Positions 13,705 through 27,567 are shown, counted from the whole stretch's first letter. The stretch is DNA of 62,973 bases, filler included, from Octopus bimaculoides (GCF_001194135.2; 3 parts of 3 records of this genome joined end to end with filler, not necessarily neighbours in it), one strand, 5' to 3'. The notes: generated by a model not told the origin, from the sequence alone. Made by a program: numbers and translations.

Positions 13705-13881
13705 TATGCCGGGTAAATTGCTTAGCTGCTTTCGTTTTTATGTTCTGAGTTCAAATTACGCCGACGTCAACTTTGCCATTAATCCTTTCAGTGTCGATAA
13801 AAACAAATCTACCAATTAAATAGTGGAGTCGACGTAATCATCCCTCGAAATTTCTGGCCTCGTTCCAAAATTTTTAAACCG
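13705..13881 (+). mobile_element. SINE family B, 5'-truncated
   Basis: TGTTCTGAGTTCAAATTACGCCGACGTCAACTTTGCCATTAATCCTTTCAGTGTCGATAAAA ... GAAATTTCTGGCCTCGTTCCAAAATT. Confidence 0.85.
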
Positions 13882-15310
13882 ATATTTATATATGCATGCA
13901 TTTATGTATGCAAGCATTTACATCTATTTGTATAGGAATACAGCAAGAGTTGAATTCTGTTCTATCTTGTTATTCATTCTAACAACTATAATTTGAGCGT
14001 GTTTCAGACAAGTCTGCTTTCGGTATTGATTGTCAGGTGGTTTATAAATATGTGTACGATCGTATCGACCGCTGTATGTATAATCTTTAAAGTGATAGAT
14101 ACGGTATGATCGAGATTTAGTTATCATTTCTAACAGTTTAGGTGCCATGTACCGGCTTTCCGCTAGAAAGTTGAACCAGTGAATGTTTGAATTTTACTTC
14201 TGTAATTCCTGGTCCCTTGCATTACAATTGACATTCTATAAAATATTTTCTTCCTTTTGCCGCATTCCTAAATATAATCCTAATATAATTATTTTCCAGT
14301 TTTAAACTCGTCGTTTTTATCATGGTGCGTATGAAAATTAGAATGGACGTCATGTACAGAATTACAATAGACAATTTTGTGAATCATGTTGGCGTCGATA
14401 TGAATATTGTAATATACATGTCTGAATAATATACATGTATGAATATTTTTTCTAAATTACCACACCAATATATCTCACATATTTCTCATCACCGAGAATT
14501 TTCTGTTGAAATAATTCCAATAATAGAGTTCAAAATATGCTTTCAAGAGACAATTATCAGTTCTTTTATTGCTTTCTTTCTTTTTTTAAGATTCAGATAT
14601 TCTGTTAATGTACTTCTTACCGATTTACGTATTTGTTTCACTATTAGAAATGGACTTACGCTACTTCATGTATTTAAAAGGCGAATGGTTTAAAATTCCA
14701 CGTTCACAGCCCGTATGGTTTAAGGTATTTTAATTAAGAATTATGTTGGGGCATACCTCTACAGCACACCTCACGTATGATCTTATCTCGTTAGATCCCA
14801 TAACAATACTATGCTTCTAATTAAATCATCTTCTAATTTCTTCTACAATAAAGGCAATACAATATGATTTAGTTTGCGAAACGCCCGTAATCATAAGAAC
14901 ATCAAGTGCTTAAAGAATTATATAATTATCTCTATGGTTTATATGTTTGTACGTTTATATGTACGTCGTTATTCAGTTTTATTTCAAGTCAGTTTCTGTC
15001 AGTTTCAAATCTGTTTCTAAATCAGATAAAATCTTCTCCATCGGAATTTCAATATCTAAAACAGAGTATATTTGTATGAATGTATGCTTAAGTGCAGAAT
15101 CTTATGTTTTGTCTTACGTATGTCTACTCGTGCATATACTTGCATAAGCAGACATGCTAATATACACTAAAATGGTATATATATATATATTTATATATAT
15201 ATATATANNNNNNNNNNNNNNNNNNNNNNNNNNNNNNNNNNNNNNNNNNNNNNNNNNNNNNNNNNNNNNNNNNNNNNNNNNNNNNNNNNNNNNNNNNNNN
15301 NNNNNNNNNN

Positions 15311-15341
<31 letters not shown>

Positions 15342-15421
15342 TGTATATATATGTATGAATTGATAGGTGGATGAATGGATGAATAGATGGGTGTATGGAT
15401 GGATGTATCATGCATGCTCAC

Positions 15422-15510
15422 ACACCCACGCAAGCACTTGATACCTGAACACAGACACTATATACCCCTACACCCACGCAAGCACATAATACCTGAACAC
15501 GGGCTATATA
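15422..15510. repeat. Two-copy 48-bp-period tandem duplication
   Basis: ACACCCACGCAAGCAC(TTG/ATA)ATACCTGAACAC starts at 15422 and 15470. Confidence 0.9.
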
Positions 15511-18144
15511 TATGCAGATAGTGCGTCGATAGCCAGCTGGAGAAAATGTTTCCTGGAGTTAAATAACAATAACATTCGTCCTAACCAGGACTGCCACATT
15601 GTGTTGGCAAATAATCTTTATTATATATNNNNNNNNNNTATATATATATATAATTTACTTGCTAATACTGCGGAAGAGCCATCGCTCATATGTCTGTCCC
15701 ATATTTGTAAGTTTAGTAGTTCCCATCTGTGTTGTGTAAAATTATTTTTGCGTACTAGTTGAAGCTAATCAGCGGATAGATTGTGAACGCTGTTCAGCTG
15801 ATGACACCATGGAAAAAGTCACCTCGCCATATGAATCAACTTTCTTCACACTTCATTGATTCTTTGAAATTCAAGAACAAAAGACCCTACAAAATGCCAA
15901 AGAAACAAGAGAGAGAATGGAGATTTTCTGTCGAATGTCGGAGATAATATCACATTTCCTTAGATGACATTTCACATGTAATCAGCCACTGGCCAAATAT
16001 TGATCAAAAGAGTACCTCCCAATAAGTCATAATTTTGTTTCTAAAACAATGTGCAATTTCATTTTAAAAAATAGGATCGTGATAAATAATACAAATAATA
16101 TTTGTGACAGTTCTCTTCCAAATGTGTACCAAGTGCAAGCATTATATGTCGGTCATCATGTAGAACAGAGAAAGGAACGTGATAGAGGTTATCTACCATG
16201 TCGATGCGAATATCTCTTCGAACGTCAAAGAGTAAGTCGATCATGGCTCAGAACTTCTGCGAAACCTTTCAGCTTCTCTACCCAAATAATAAATTTACAA
16301 GTATACCAAGCACAATTAGTGCGATGGCTTCTGTGAATAATGCCTAAGTTTTAATTTGCAAAAACTAAGGTTTTCGGAAAAAGAAATCAACCAGCTTATC
16401 AGCACAATACGTATACAATCTATTTGCGTGACAGTTTACGTTTTCAAGCATTTTCTCGGGTTCAAAAGATGACATTGATTTTATCTACATTACAAAACTG
16501 GAGCATCTGTAGAATCTTGCTCCTTCCCTGCAGGAAAAACTTCTAAGAATTCAAAATAGATGGCATTTATAAGATGGCAGAAAGTATATTAGAATGAATA
16601 TCAAAATATGTTAGATTCTATCTTAACTATAAAGGTACATTTTTCTAAGACATATTCCCGTAAGAATAGCATTTAACAGGCTAAATTTATGTTCATAATA
16701 ATAAATATAACATCTAATTGACGGAAATAAATTAGTAGGTCAGACACATATTACAAGACCGATACGTGGAACGTGTTTCAGAATGCGCTTAAATTTAGGA
16801 GGAGCGATTGAAAAGCATCGTAGAAAAACTGTATATTAAAATATATGAGGAAATGATATTAAATTGAAACATGGACACAAATAAAGTGTTACAGGTATCA
16901 AGAAACACAATTTTTAAAGAAAATATAGGTGATATCGCAGTATGTTTTCCTGATACTCTGAAAAGATTTTATTGAAATTCATAAAATTAGTAAGAGGTGG
17001 GAAATACTTAATGGGAATTGATATAATTGAATGGAGTTTAAATATAATACGAAAATTAGAACGCACAAAATTCTCATAAAACTATACAGGAAAGTGCATA
17101 ATAATAATGTTAGGAAGACTGATTACTATATATATACCTTAATTTAATCTCGTTTCCCATTAGTGTGAGAAGATCAATAAAACACAAAAACTCTTCAGTT
17201 TGTCACAATCATTAAATTTATAAATATACAAAGTGCAACTGTATGCGTAGATGTATGAATATGTGTATATTTAACTATGGCTATACAACTGCCAGTCTAC
17301 TTATTTACATTCCCCAATGGGTTTTTATTAAGTATTTATGAAAGTGTTTGAGCATAACCAAGAAACAATATTTTAGGAATATGACTGAAATAAGGCTTTA
17401 GCACATCAGTTATTTCTTCGTATTTTATAATCTCAACCAATGATAATTAATTTCTATTCTAAATAATGTTCCACATGTAGTATTCATACTGTAAATTTAA
17501 CACCATCTAAATCAAACTGTGGCTTGTCACTTCATGTAAACATTGTTTTGAATGTTTTAACTTAATTATTTAAACATAAAATGTAACACCTTCCCAGTTT
17601 TTATTATATACGATTAATAATATATTCTCTTGTGATAAAGGAAAATTGGCGGCGTACACATATATTATAGAGTGTACAGTAAATTTCAGTGATTCATGTT
17701 TAAGTTTAAAATAAATCATTCAATATAGTTGACTTAAATTGGGACGCGAATTGGATAAAAATAAATGCTGCTTTCCTTTCCTTTCAATTATTCCTCGGAT
17801 TCTTTTCATCATTTACTTTTTTTTTGTTTCTTTGATTTGTGTATGTGGAATTCTCTAATATATTGATATGTCAATGGAAGTAAAGAAAACAATTTATGCT
17901 CCTACAAAGAAGCATTACATCAACGAATAGATCATTGAAATATCAGTAAACAAAAATCCTTTACAAAGAAAACGTTGTGTTGCAGTTTACAATCCTAAAT
18001 CATAATGCATAAATTGAGAGATAGATAGATACATACTTACATGCATACACGCATACAAATATACATGTATATATGTATATATGTATATACAAATTTATAT
18101 ACGTAAATATATACGTACATATATGTATATATACGTGTATATAT

Positions 18145-18322
18145 GGGGAGAATTCACAAAAAAAAACAACAAAAGGTGGTGTAGACAACAAACAGATGTA
18201 TTAGTTAAACACTCGGGAAGTTAAAAAGTCTTTAACGTTTGGAGCCTACGCTCTACCACAGAAAGGAATACAGAAAGAAATATGGAGAGAAAATAAAGAA
18301 TCTGTAGTGGCTAGCGATCTAT
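18145..18322 (-). mobile_element. Probable Penelope-like element terminal (pLTR) fragment
   Basis: Minus strand reads GTAGAGCGTAGGCTCCAAACGTTAAAGAC, resembling the GAAGA..(N)..CGAAACGT motif of Penelope-type termini. Recalled resemblance only; no ORF. Confidence 0.4.
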
Positions 18323-18348
18323 CTTTATATATATATATATATATATAT

Positions 18349-18448
18349 NNNNNNNNNNNNNNNNNNNNNNNNNNNNNNNNNNNNNNNNNNNNTTAATTAA
18401 TTAANNNNNNNNNNNNNNNNNNNNNNNNNNNNNNNNNNNNNNNNNNNN
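18349..18448. other. Artificial 100-bp scaffold join N44-TTAATTAATTAA-N44
   Basis: Counted 44 N + 12 bp + 44 N. The 12-mer places stops in all six frames; an identical structure occurs at 45722-45821. Confidence 0.95.
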
Positions 18449-18633
18449 CAAATTATCCCCCCCCCAAAAGCTCTACTTTGTAATTTGTCCATTTTCTGTA
18501 TTTAGCCCTGTGTGGCTATAATAAAAAGATATCTATCTATCTATCTATCTATTTATCTATCTATCTACCTACCTACCTTTCTACCTGCTTACCTATCTTA
18601 CTTAACTACCTATCTCTCCACCTACCTAATTAT

Positions 18634-18790
18634 CAGGACTGCAATCATGCTGGGACACCATCATTAACGCTTAGTTCTTTAAAGTTTGGTACTTATTCTA
18701 TGGCACTCTTTTGCTGAGCAGCTGAGTTACGAAAACGTAAACAAACCAGCAGTATTTGTTAAGCAGTGGGGCACAAGCACAAAGGCAAGC
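18634..18790 (-). mobile_element. SINE family C, 3' half
   Basis: GACTGCAATCATGCTGGGACACC ... GGTACTTATTCTAT ... GAGTTACGAAAACGTAAACAAACCAGCA. Confidence 0.7.
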
Positions 18791-19686
18791 ATACAAATAT
18801 ATATACACACACATACATATATATACACAAATGTACGACGGCCTTATATAGATATATATGTGTGTGTGTGTATACGTGTGTATATGTAAGTATTCGTATG
18901 TTGTATATATATATATATATGTATGTATGTATATTTGTGATTATGTACTATATGTGTATATTCGACTTAAGAAGCAGAAAATATTCTTATGCAAAACCAG
19001 ATACCTAGATCAAGGATTATCCAATAATTTTTTGCTAGTTTATTTGTCTTTTCTCCATGGTGCTGTATGGGTACTTGATATGGTTTTAGAGTCAAATTTT
19101 AACTACTATCTCTAGTACGGTGGTATCTTTTAGATACCCATAAGTATAATTATATATGTAAATATTTATATATTTAGATGTATATTTTTTAATATATATA
19201 AATACAGATTAGAGACAGCTATACACTCCGTAGTGATCAAGAGATTTGAACTTGTGCAGGTAGAGGAGTAAATGTAAGGACAAGCAAGCTAGGCAGGTCG
19301 ATATACAAAAAATATTAAATACATTTAATACAAGAAGTGTACATTACATATGTATACATATAAAAACAGCTTGATTTACACAGAATGGAGTTGGTATCAG
19401 GAACTGAGTGGTTGAGTAGGGGTTTTACGAGTCCAACAGCTGTTTCTGAGGTCTTTGTGGTCCAAAATAATGCTTGTAACTTGATTCCATCGTCGGATAC
19501 CATCAACGTCCGTATTCAGGGAAGAATTTTACATTTGAGTCGTTGACAAAATGGAAATTAAAGATGTATACATAAGTATATATCTTGTATTAAGTGTATT
19601 TAATATTTTTTTTATATCGACTTGCCTAATTTGCTTGTCATTTCATTATATATATATATATATATTTATACGCATTAAAAATTAAG

Positions 19687-19775
19687 GATTGGGGTCGATT
19701 CGTTCGACTGAAATTTTGGGAGGTGGTGCTCCACCATGGCCACATCCTAATGGTTGAAACAAGTAAACGATAAAC
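19687..19775 (+). mobile_element. SINE family C tail fragment
   Basis: TGGGGTCGATTCGTTCGACT ... GGTGCTCCACCATGGCCAC ... TGAAACAAGTAAA. Confidence 0.75.
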
Positions 19776-20699
19776 GACACACATAAATATACATACGCAG
19801 AAGCGCACTTATTTATTGGTGTATCTTGGGAACTATATTTCACTTAAACAACATTGTGCAACTTGCATTTCTTTGGAATAAGTCTTTTGTTAATCCTTTC
19901 CATAAATCCTGATTAATTTTTTTTCTCTCTTATTGATGTATGAATGCAGATGTAGTCTAAATTATGTGATACGTAAATACATTTCCAATTTGCTGTCACT
20001 CTCTTCATATTCATACATACACACATGTGCATAAATTCTCCTCTGTGTGTCTCTATGCCACAGTTCATTTCTCTCTCCCTTTTTGTATCCCTCTCTGTAT
20101 GGATTTGTTTCTCCCTCGTATGCTGTGTCACCCCCGTTTCTCTCATTCACAAATATATATATATATATATATATANNNNNNNNNNNNNNNNNNNNNNNNN
20201 NNNNNNNNNNNNNNNNNNNNNNNNNNNNNNNNNNNNNNNNNNNNNNNNNNNNNNNNNNNNNNNNNNNNNNNNNNNNNNNNNNNNNNNNNNNNNNNNNNNN
20301 NNNNNNNNNNNNNNNNNNNNNNNNNNNNNNNNNNNNNNNNNNNNNNNNNNNNNNNNNNNNNNNNNNNNNNNNNNNNNNNNNNNNNNNNNNNNNNNNNNNN
20401 NNNNNNNNNNNNNNNNNNNNNNNNNNNNNNNNNNNNNNNNNNNNNNNNNNNNNNNNNNNNNNNNNNNNNNNNNNNNNNNNNNNNNNNNNNNNNNNNNNNN
20501 NNNNNNNNNNNNNNNNNNNNNNNNNNNNNNNNNNNNNNNNNNNNNNNNNNNNNNNNNNNNNNNNNNNNNNNNATATATATATATATATATACATATATAT
20601 GTGTACATATATATATGTATATATATATATGTATATATGTATATATATACATATATATATATGCATATATATATACATATATACATATATACATGTGTG

Positions 20700-20905
20700 T
20701 GTGTTTTGTTACTCCCCCCGCTACCGTTTGACAACCAGTGTTGGCTTGTTTACGTGCCTGCAGTTTGCCAAAATGATCAATAGCATAAGTGTCAGATTAG
20801 CACAAAAAAAAAAAAGTACTAGAGTCGATTCGTTTGACTAAAGCTCTTGAAGCCAGTGCCTGTGTATGGCCTCCGGTCCAATAACTGAAACAAGTAAAAA
20901 ATAAA
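20700..20905 (+). mobile_element. SINE family C, 3' half (5' part probably in the preceding gap)
   Basis: TTGACAACCAGTGTTGGCTTGTTTACGT ... GTCGATTCGTTTGACTAAAG ... ACTGAAACAAGTAAAA. Confidence 0.75.
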
Positions 20906-22986
20906 TGCTAAATGAGTGTATGTGTGTGTGTGTGTGTACATGTGTGTGTATGTATACATGTGTGTATATGTGTGTGCATGCGTGCGCACGTGTATAGATA
21001 ATTATCCTGAAAATATTTTCCTGCGCACAGAAATCCTGACCTAAACCGTTTTAAAAGATGATTACGCTGAACGCATCCAAGGACTATGAAGTGTTCTAGA
21101 GTTTCTCCAGAAAAAGACAATTCCACTAATTGGCTCGAAGAACCGTATATGCGTTGTCCCCTTTCTATCGCTACTGTAATGGTCTCTATTCTTAGGAGCT
21201 GGTTGAAATCCTGCTCCCTTCTCTCCTTCCTTGACTCGTTTCCCCCCTCTCATCCTCTATGTGGTGTTCAATCCCACTCAAGTCCTCTAGTAACCAATTC
21301 GTTAATTTCGTCCATTAAACCGTGGCCTAATTGATTGTCTTTCCTGCATATGTCTTTCCTGTCGTCATCGATTTACGATAGTTTAAGAGGGATGTTAACA
21401 GCATAAAACTGACCAATCTTTCAAGGCCTACGAAGACCATGGGCACTGCTCCATCCTTTATAACTAACTAATAAAAAAAATGACTGCGATGCTGTGCAAT
21501 AGGTCTGTTCCAGTTGAGCGGACGCAACATCAAACGTGTCGCATTGTCGGCTTGTCGGAAGCTTGTATGACTCTCACCTCTTAGAAGTGAACGAAAAAAA
21601 AATGAGTTTTCATTAAAAAAGTTTATGAAGAATATCTTTATCGATTATTGACTTCAAATATTAGTCTGAAGCAGCAGGAAAAGAAAAAAATATTACATTT
21701 ACCCTAAAAACATTTACCCATTTACAAACCAAACTAACCAGAATTGGTCTAGCAATATATTTGAAATATCGCCACCCTGTAACTTGTATAGTTATTAGCT
21801 TTGTAGCTTTCAATGAAAGCAGTTATGATTAGCGGAGACTCAATCAATGTATTTTAGTTCGTTTTTGATCTTCGTTCTAATATTGCAGAATTTTTCTTTT
21901 CTCTGACGTAACCCCCTCCCAAATATGTTAAAACAGTCTTTTCTATTATTAACACTTTGCTTCTATTTCTTCCGGGAAGCCCAGTTTCGTTTTCCAGTCT
22001 TAGCTACCTTCACGTCTGCATGTCAATAATTCTCTTGCGAAACATTTCCACCCCACCTCATACAAACAAACAAATAAACAAAGCAAATAAATGTTACATA
22101 TTTCAAGCCCCATCCTTTAATATTACATAACATCTTCATATCTGTTTAAAAGGAAATTAATTGCTTTGACCTCACGGTTTCTGTTTCCTCTAAGTAGCAA
22201 CCCATTTGCACAAACTATTCAGCAGAGGCAGATGCTGTAATGTAAATATAAGCACCTCATAAAATATGACTAGCTCTTAAGAGCCAGATTTTTGCTGTAG
22301 TTTCGTGATGACGTTAAGTAGACGAGTTAAATTCCTCCGGATAGAACTCTAGTCTTTCGCAGATATCTCCGGATAAATTTGTACAAATCATTGAATGTTT
22401 AATTAACCTGTTAAAACCAGCTACCTAGGAACATAAAACAAAATACTTGTAGCAGACTTGAAATTACGATCTATATACCAGCATAGGAATACATTTGTCA
22501 CTCAACAGTTTTGATTCTGCTTAATGGAGGAAACAACACCCATACTGTGTAAATAAATTAATCATAATGTTTAAATATATTTATTTTATGCCGAAATACT
22601 GTTTAGATAAATGAAATGGTATTAGTAAACACCGCTTGGATAGCTAGTGGCTTTCAACCTTTTGTAGTTCAGCTCTCCTTTCTCGAAATGGTGTTTTACA
22701 TACGTGCTTACCCAATGTTTGTATTAAAAAATAGAGAACTCGAACAGATTATTTCATTCAATCAAACTAATTTTGTGCACTCCCCTACTATACTGGACGA
22801 GGTTTCACAACAACTTCATAACTCCAGAAAGACTTGTATGTGGAATTTATGAGTTGTAAGGAAAATGAACACGTATAACGTAATAAGTATTTATGCTTTG
22901 TATAATGTACACGTATTTCAGAAAACCGACCATCGTAGTAGATTACATTATCATAAATGTCCTGTTAGGCAACAAATGTAGACGGC

Positions 22987-23052
22987 TCATTTCGTTGGTA
23001 TTACTGGCAAAAATACCAATTAGTATTTTTGCCAATAATATTGACGAAATGA
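22987..23052 (+). ncRNA. Candidate pre-miRNA-like hairpin (30-bp stem, 6-nt loop)
   Basis: Arms 22987-23016 and 23023-23052 pair with 26 Watson-Crick, 3 G-U and 1 C-A on the + strand. No expression evidence. Confidence 0.3.
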
Positions 23053-24069
23053 CACGGATACACTGTATATGATATTAAAATTACCATGAAAGTTACGTTC
23101 TTATGGGCATTGAACAAATTCTTAGGCAGACTGTAAAAAAAAAAGTAATAGACTCAATGGTTAAAAAAAACTCTCAACAACCAAAGTGCAAGCAAGATTC
23201 TTACTTTTAGCAATAAAAGATAGGTTGCGCTATTTTTCATGACTGAACTTTACTATCTTTCTTTTAAATCTTAGGTATTTGTAACTTTTGGTGTTACAAC
23301 CACCTAATTTTTGTTTTATTTGAAAGTAAAATAGTGGCCAGTCAGTAAAAATGAAATGAACTTTGCCATGCTAAATTATTAAATTCATATTTTATTATGA
23401 ATGTATAATTCTAAAAAAAAAATAATAATAAAAACCAAACCATGAAGACACTGATTATTTTTCAATTATATGACTTAATACAGTAAATTACTAATGAAAT
23501 TCGTAAACATAATACTTAAATTAGGAAAAGCTAGTAACATGAAATTCCATCAACTTTTGCTTCGTATTGAAATTTAGTATATTATTTATAATTTTTACCG
23601 AATGCATCATACAATAGCTGTTACAGCTCTTCCAATTACATTACTTGTTCTGAACAAACATTACGTGTGTGCGTTTCATCATAAATTCAAAATAAAATTT
23701 TGATATTGCTTAAAATCATTTTTATATTCAAAATATTTTAATAATTATAATTATACTAATTAATAGTATTAACATTGATACAATGTTGTAGTGTCATTCA
23801 CACAAGTTACAGAAATAGGAATCACCGAAGAACTCAAATGCGAAACAAACAATCAAATCAGTTATTGTCCATTATCAGATTAATAAAATTAGAAGTACAG
23901 TTAATAACATTTGGTTACAGACATAAGTGAGATAAGTGAGATATATGTATATGATGATACGCTAAGTTACAAAATAAAACCGTATCACAGTTCTTATAGG
24001 GCTAATTTCAGTTACAAAAATTAATGCTGAAAAGTTGTAGAAAGTTCTTGAGTGATGTTGAAATTAACT

Positions 24070-24281
24070 TTGGATTCGAATTTTAATACAAGGCTAACAA
24101 TTTTGGGAGAGAGGATGAGTCGATTGCATCGACCCCAGAGTTCAGTTGGTATTTATTTTATTTACTCCGTAAGAATAAAAAGCAAAGTCGACCTCGGTGG
24201 GATTTGAACTCAACGTGAAGACGGACGAAATACCGCTAAGTATTTTGCCCAGCGTGCTAACAATTCTGCCTGCTTGCCGCC
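24070..24281 (-). mobile_element. SINE family B, full length
   Basis: GCAAAGTCGACCTCGGTGGGATTTGAACTCA ... ACCGCTAAGTATTTTGCCCAGCGTGCTAACAATTCTGCC. Confidence 0.9.
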
Positions 24282-24707
24282 GTAGCTGCTGGAATTAATA
24301 TTAAAAATAAAAATAAAAACTGCTTCACCATTTGCAACAAACAGGCTTTCAAATATTTGTGGCGTTCAAAATTCTCTCTACACGTTAATAACTTCAAACC
24401 TAATTCTCATAAAAAATCTATTGCTGCCTTTTTTTTAGGATGTTTATAAGATGTATTGGGTAAATTTAAAAAAAAAATGTTACTCAATATAAATGAGGGA
24501 TCTTTAGATAATCTTGGAACTATACCATGCTGCATTATCTATTCGCACAAGAATTTTGCATCCTCAATATATGAATATCGAAATGTATTTAGAGGTTGGT
24601 CTATAGAACCTTCCATGAGATTCCTTTGGCTATGAGATCTCTTACAATTTGACTAGAAAAATTACATCAAAATAAATTTTCAGAGAACACGAAACCTACC
24701 GGAAACG

Positions 24708-24749
24708 GTATATACGTTTACCCATTATTTAATGGGTAAATGTATATAC
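24708..24749. repeat. Near-perfect 42-bp palindrome
   Basis: GTATATACGTTTACCCATTA-TT-TAATGGGTAAATGTATATAC; 19/20 arm identity. Confidence 0.95.
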
Positions 24750-25083
24750 ACTTTAGTTTAAAAAAGATTAAGAGCTATGGAGAAAGCAAAGGTCGACCAT
24801 TTTGAATTGTAGATATATGTAAAATATTGTCAATAAATATAACGAATAACTTCAAAAATTTCATTAATTAAAACCTTAAAGTTTTTTGTTATTTTATGAA
24901 ATGAGGAATAATGGGTTAACATTTATGGAAAACTTTCAAATGACTAACACATTTTCTTCAAGAGTTTATTGAACGCACATCCGAGTTTTGTAGGTCTCCC
25001 TTTAACTTTATTTGATCAATGCAAAATTGAGGAAATTTGAGAGCCAGTAGCGTAAACTGTTAAAACTCGATTGGAAAAATATA

Positions 25084-25295
25084 CTAGGGAGAGCTCAAAA
25101 TGTTCTGGCCTTGGATAAAAGAAAACACAGGAGGATCAGTTAATTATAATTTTATTCAACATATTCCCCTCTCAAATTCACACACTTATTGCTGCAGTCC
25201 TTCAGTTTTTCTAAGCCCTGTAAAAAAATCATCTCAAAAGGTTGGGCCTCCAGCCAGGCCCTTCGTGATACCCTTAAAAACAGGAACTTTTCAGT
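25084..25295 (-). mobile_element. Mariner-family 3' end remnant
   Basis: Minus strand encodes WLEAQP..FFTGLEKLKDCSNKCVNLRGEYVE* (stop at 25152-25154), the typical mariner C-terminus. It is followed by a TIR-like end CTAGGGAGAGCTCAAAATGTTCTGG and TA at 25082-25083. Confidence 0.8.
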
Positions 25296-25608
25296 ATTCC
25301 CTCATATTGACCGGTTAAAATTTTGTTGTAAAGAACCAACATTTGAAATTGAAGCTGGTTAATATACTTTGCTAAATTTATTAGAATAGGCATTGACTGT
25401 TTACAGCGTATCATTAAGCAATGCTACGGTTGAAAGAATGTTTTCGTCNNNNNNNNNNNNNNNNNNNNNNNNNNNNNAAAAAATTACTGAGGAAGACAAT
25501 TAAATTCTTGACGCAATAGTAATTTAGTTTTTAAAAATAAAGGAAAAATTCTATTGAATACCATATTAAATTAGCAAATTAGAACTGACGTGTAAGCATA
25601 TATATATG

Positions 25609-25656
<48 letters not shown>

Positions 25657-25680
25657 CATACACAGACAGATATATATATT

Positions 25681-25724
<44 letters not shown>

Positions 25725-25823
25725 TACCTATATGCATATATATTCATATATACACATATGTACGCATAGAATACATCAGTCTATCTATCTATCTATCTAT
25801 CTATCTGTATGTATTACAAATTT

Positions 25824-25856
<33 letters not shown>

Positions 25857-25857
25857 C

Positions 25858-25922
<65 letters not shown>

Positions 25923-27490
25923 CACATGCATACATACATATACACAACTATGTCTCTCTCTCTCTTTATCTCCAGAACTTTCCCTTTTGGGCAATTTTCA
26001 TATACAATCCTCTACTTTTTGTAAGTTCTCTGCTACTTTTTCTAAAATTGATCTGGCTACCGAGGTAACAAGAAAGAATCGACAAATTTATTATTTACAC
26101 CGTACTACAAAATTAACTGTGTGTATTAATTAAATTCCTCACAGCGAAATATGTTTACTAAACATGTGATTACAATTTTTATTAAAATTTTAATTATAGA
26201 AACGCTATGTCAGTATTCCAACTTTGCTCCGTATTAAAAATAAGAACGAGTTTGGTTCGATCATTACATTACATATATATTACATTCCATATATGTATCC
26301 TATTAATCAATAATTACATCTCGGATTTTACCTCATTGACCATGGTTTAGTCGTATAAATGCTATTTTGATACCATTTCCCGTTTTTTTCTTAGCCGTAG
26401 ATTCATAAGTAAATAAATTTGACTGATATTTATTCATGAAGAGAGAAATTTACTGTATGTGTGTGATTGCATTCAGACTATTTGATGTATCATTTCTGAA
26501 ATTTTGATTGTAGAAAATTTGGAAGGGTATATTATCTAGACAAGAGAACCTACTTTTTATGCTGTGATTATTAAAGATCTTTTGATACATCTGTGTTACA
26601 AGGAAGTTATTACCTATATGGGGTATTTTTAGATAGTTTGATTTGGAGGAAAGGGTTGTGCTTATGATTTTCGTAAACACCCAGGGACTGTTGTGACCGA
26701 TGCTGTTGATTTCTCTCATGAACAGCTGAAAGTTGACTATAAGAGAAACATGAACAGGGATGGAATTCTTGAAAGAAATTCTGAGAAGAGCAATGCTAAA
26801 CCAGGAAGTAATAGTTCTGCAGGCCAGGTATTAGAGTGTATTGGTGAGCGGATTCATATCATTAGGTGGACAGTTTTACGTTGCATTTGAGGATACCAAC
26901 ACACTCCCAGTTTTGAGAACATAACTCCATTGTAGGTTTCAAAAGAGTTTTTTTATAGGGTTAGTAACTTTTGGGAGCCAAAATATTTTATGAGCCTAAA
27001 GAACAAGATCCGACTTTGTGATGCAGTTTTTACTATGTTCACGATTCAAAATTGTCAGGGGAGATAACTATTAATGGTAAAACGAGGTTCAAAATTTGTA
27101 GCTCTCATACTTTAAGGAGGATTATATCGGATGAATATTTTCTTCCTCGATCTAAGTGTCTTCATGATTGTTCAATATACTTCAGGCTTTCGACTAAGTA
27201 TTTACCAACGATGCGTTATACTGGGTAGACAGTGAAATTGCACGTATACATGTATGTATGTATGTATGTATGTATGTATGTATGTATGCATGTATGTATA
27301 CATGTTTGTATATGTGTGCATGTGTGAGTGTATGTGTGCCTGTGTATGCGTCTGTGTGTGTGTCCCTCCTTTCTCATTTTCTCTCTCTCTTTCTCTTACT
27401 CTGTCTTTCCTTCCATACACACATACACGCACACACACACTAACACACAGTCACACACCCATATCGACAAAGACAAACACCACAAATACA

Positions 27491-27567
<77 letters not shown>

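Noticed and set aside
15700-16340. Coding-looking island including ORFs 16049-16336 and 16059-16244
   Set aside because: All six frames are repeatedly interrupted, and I found no transposase, RT or cellular motif.
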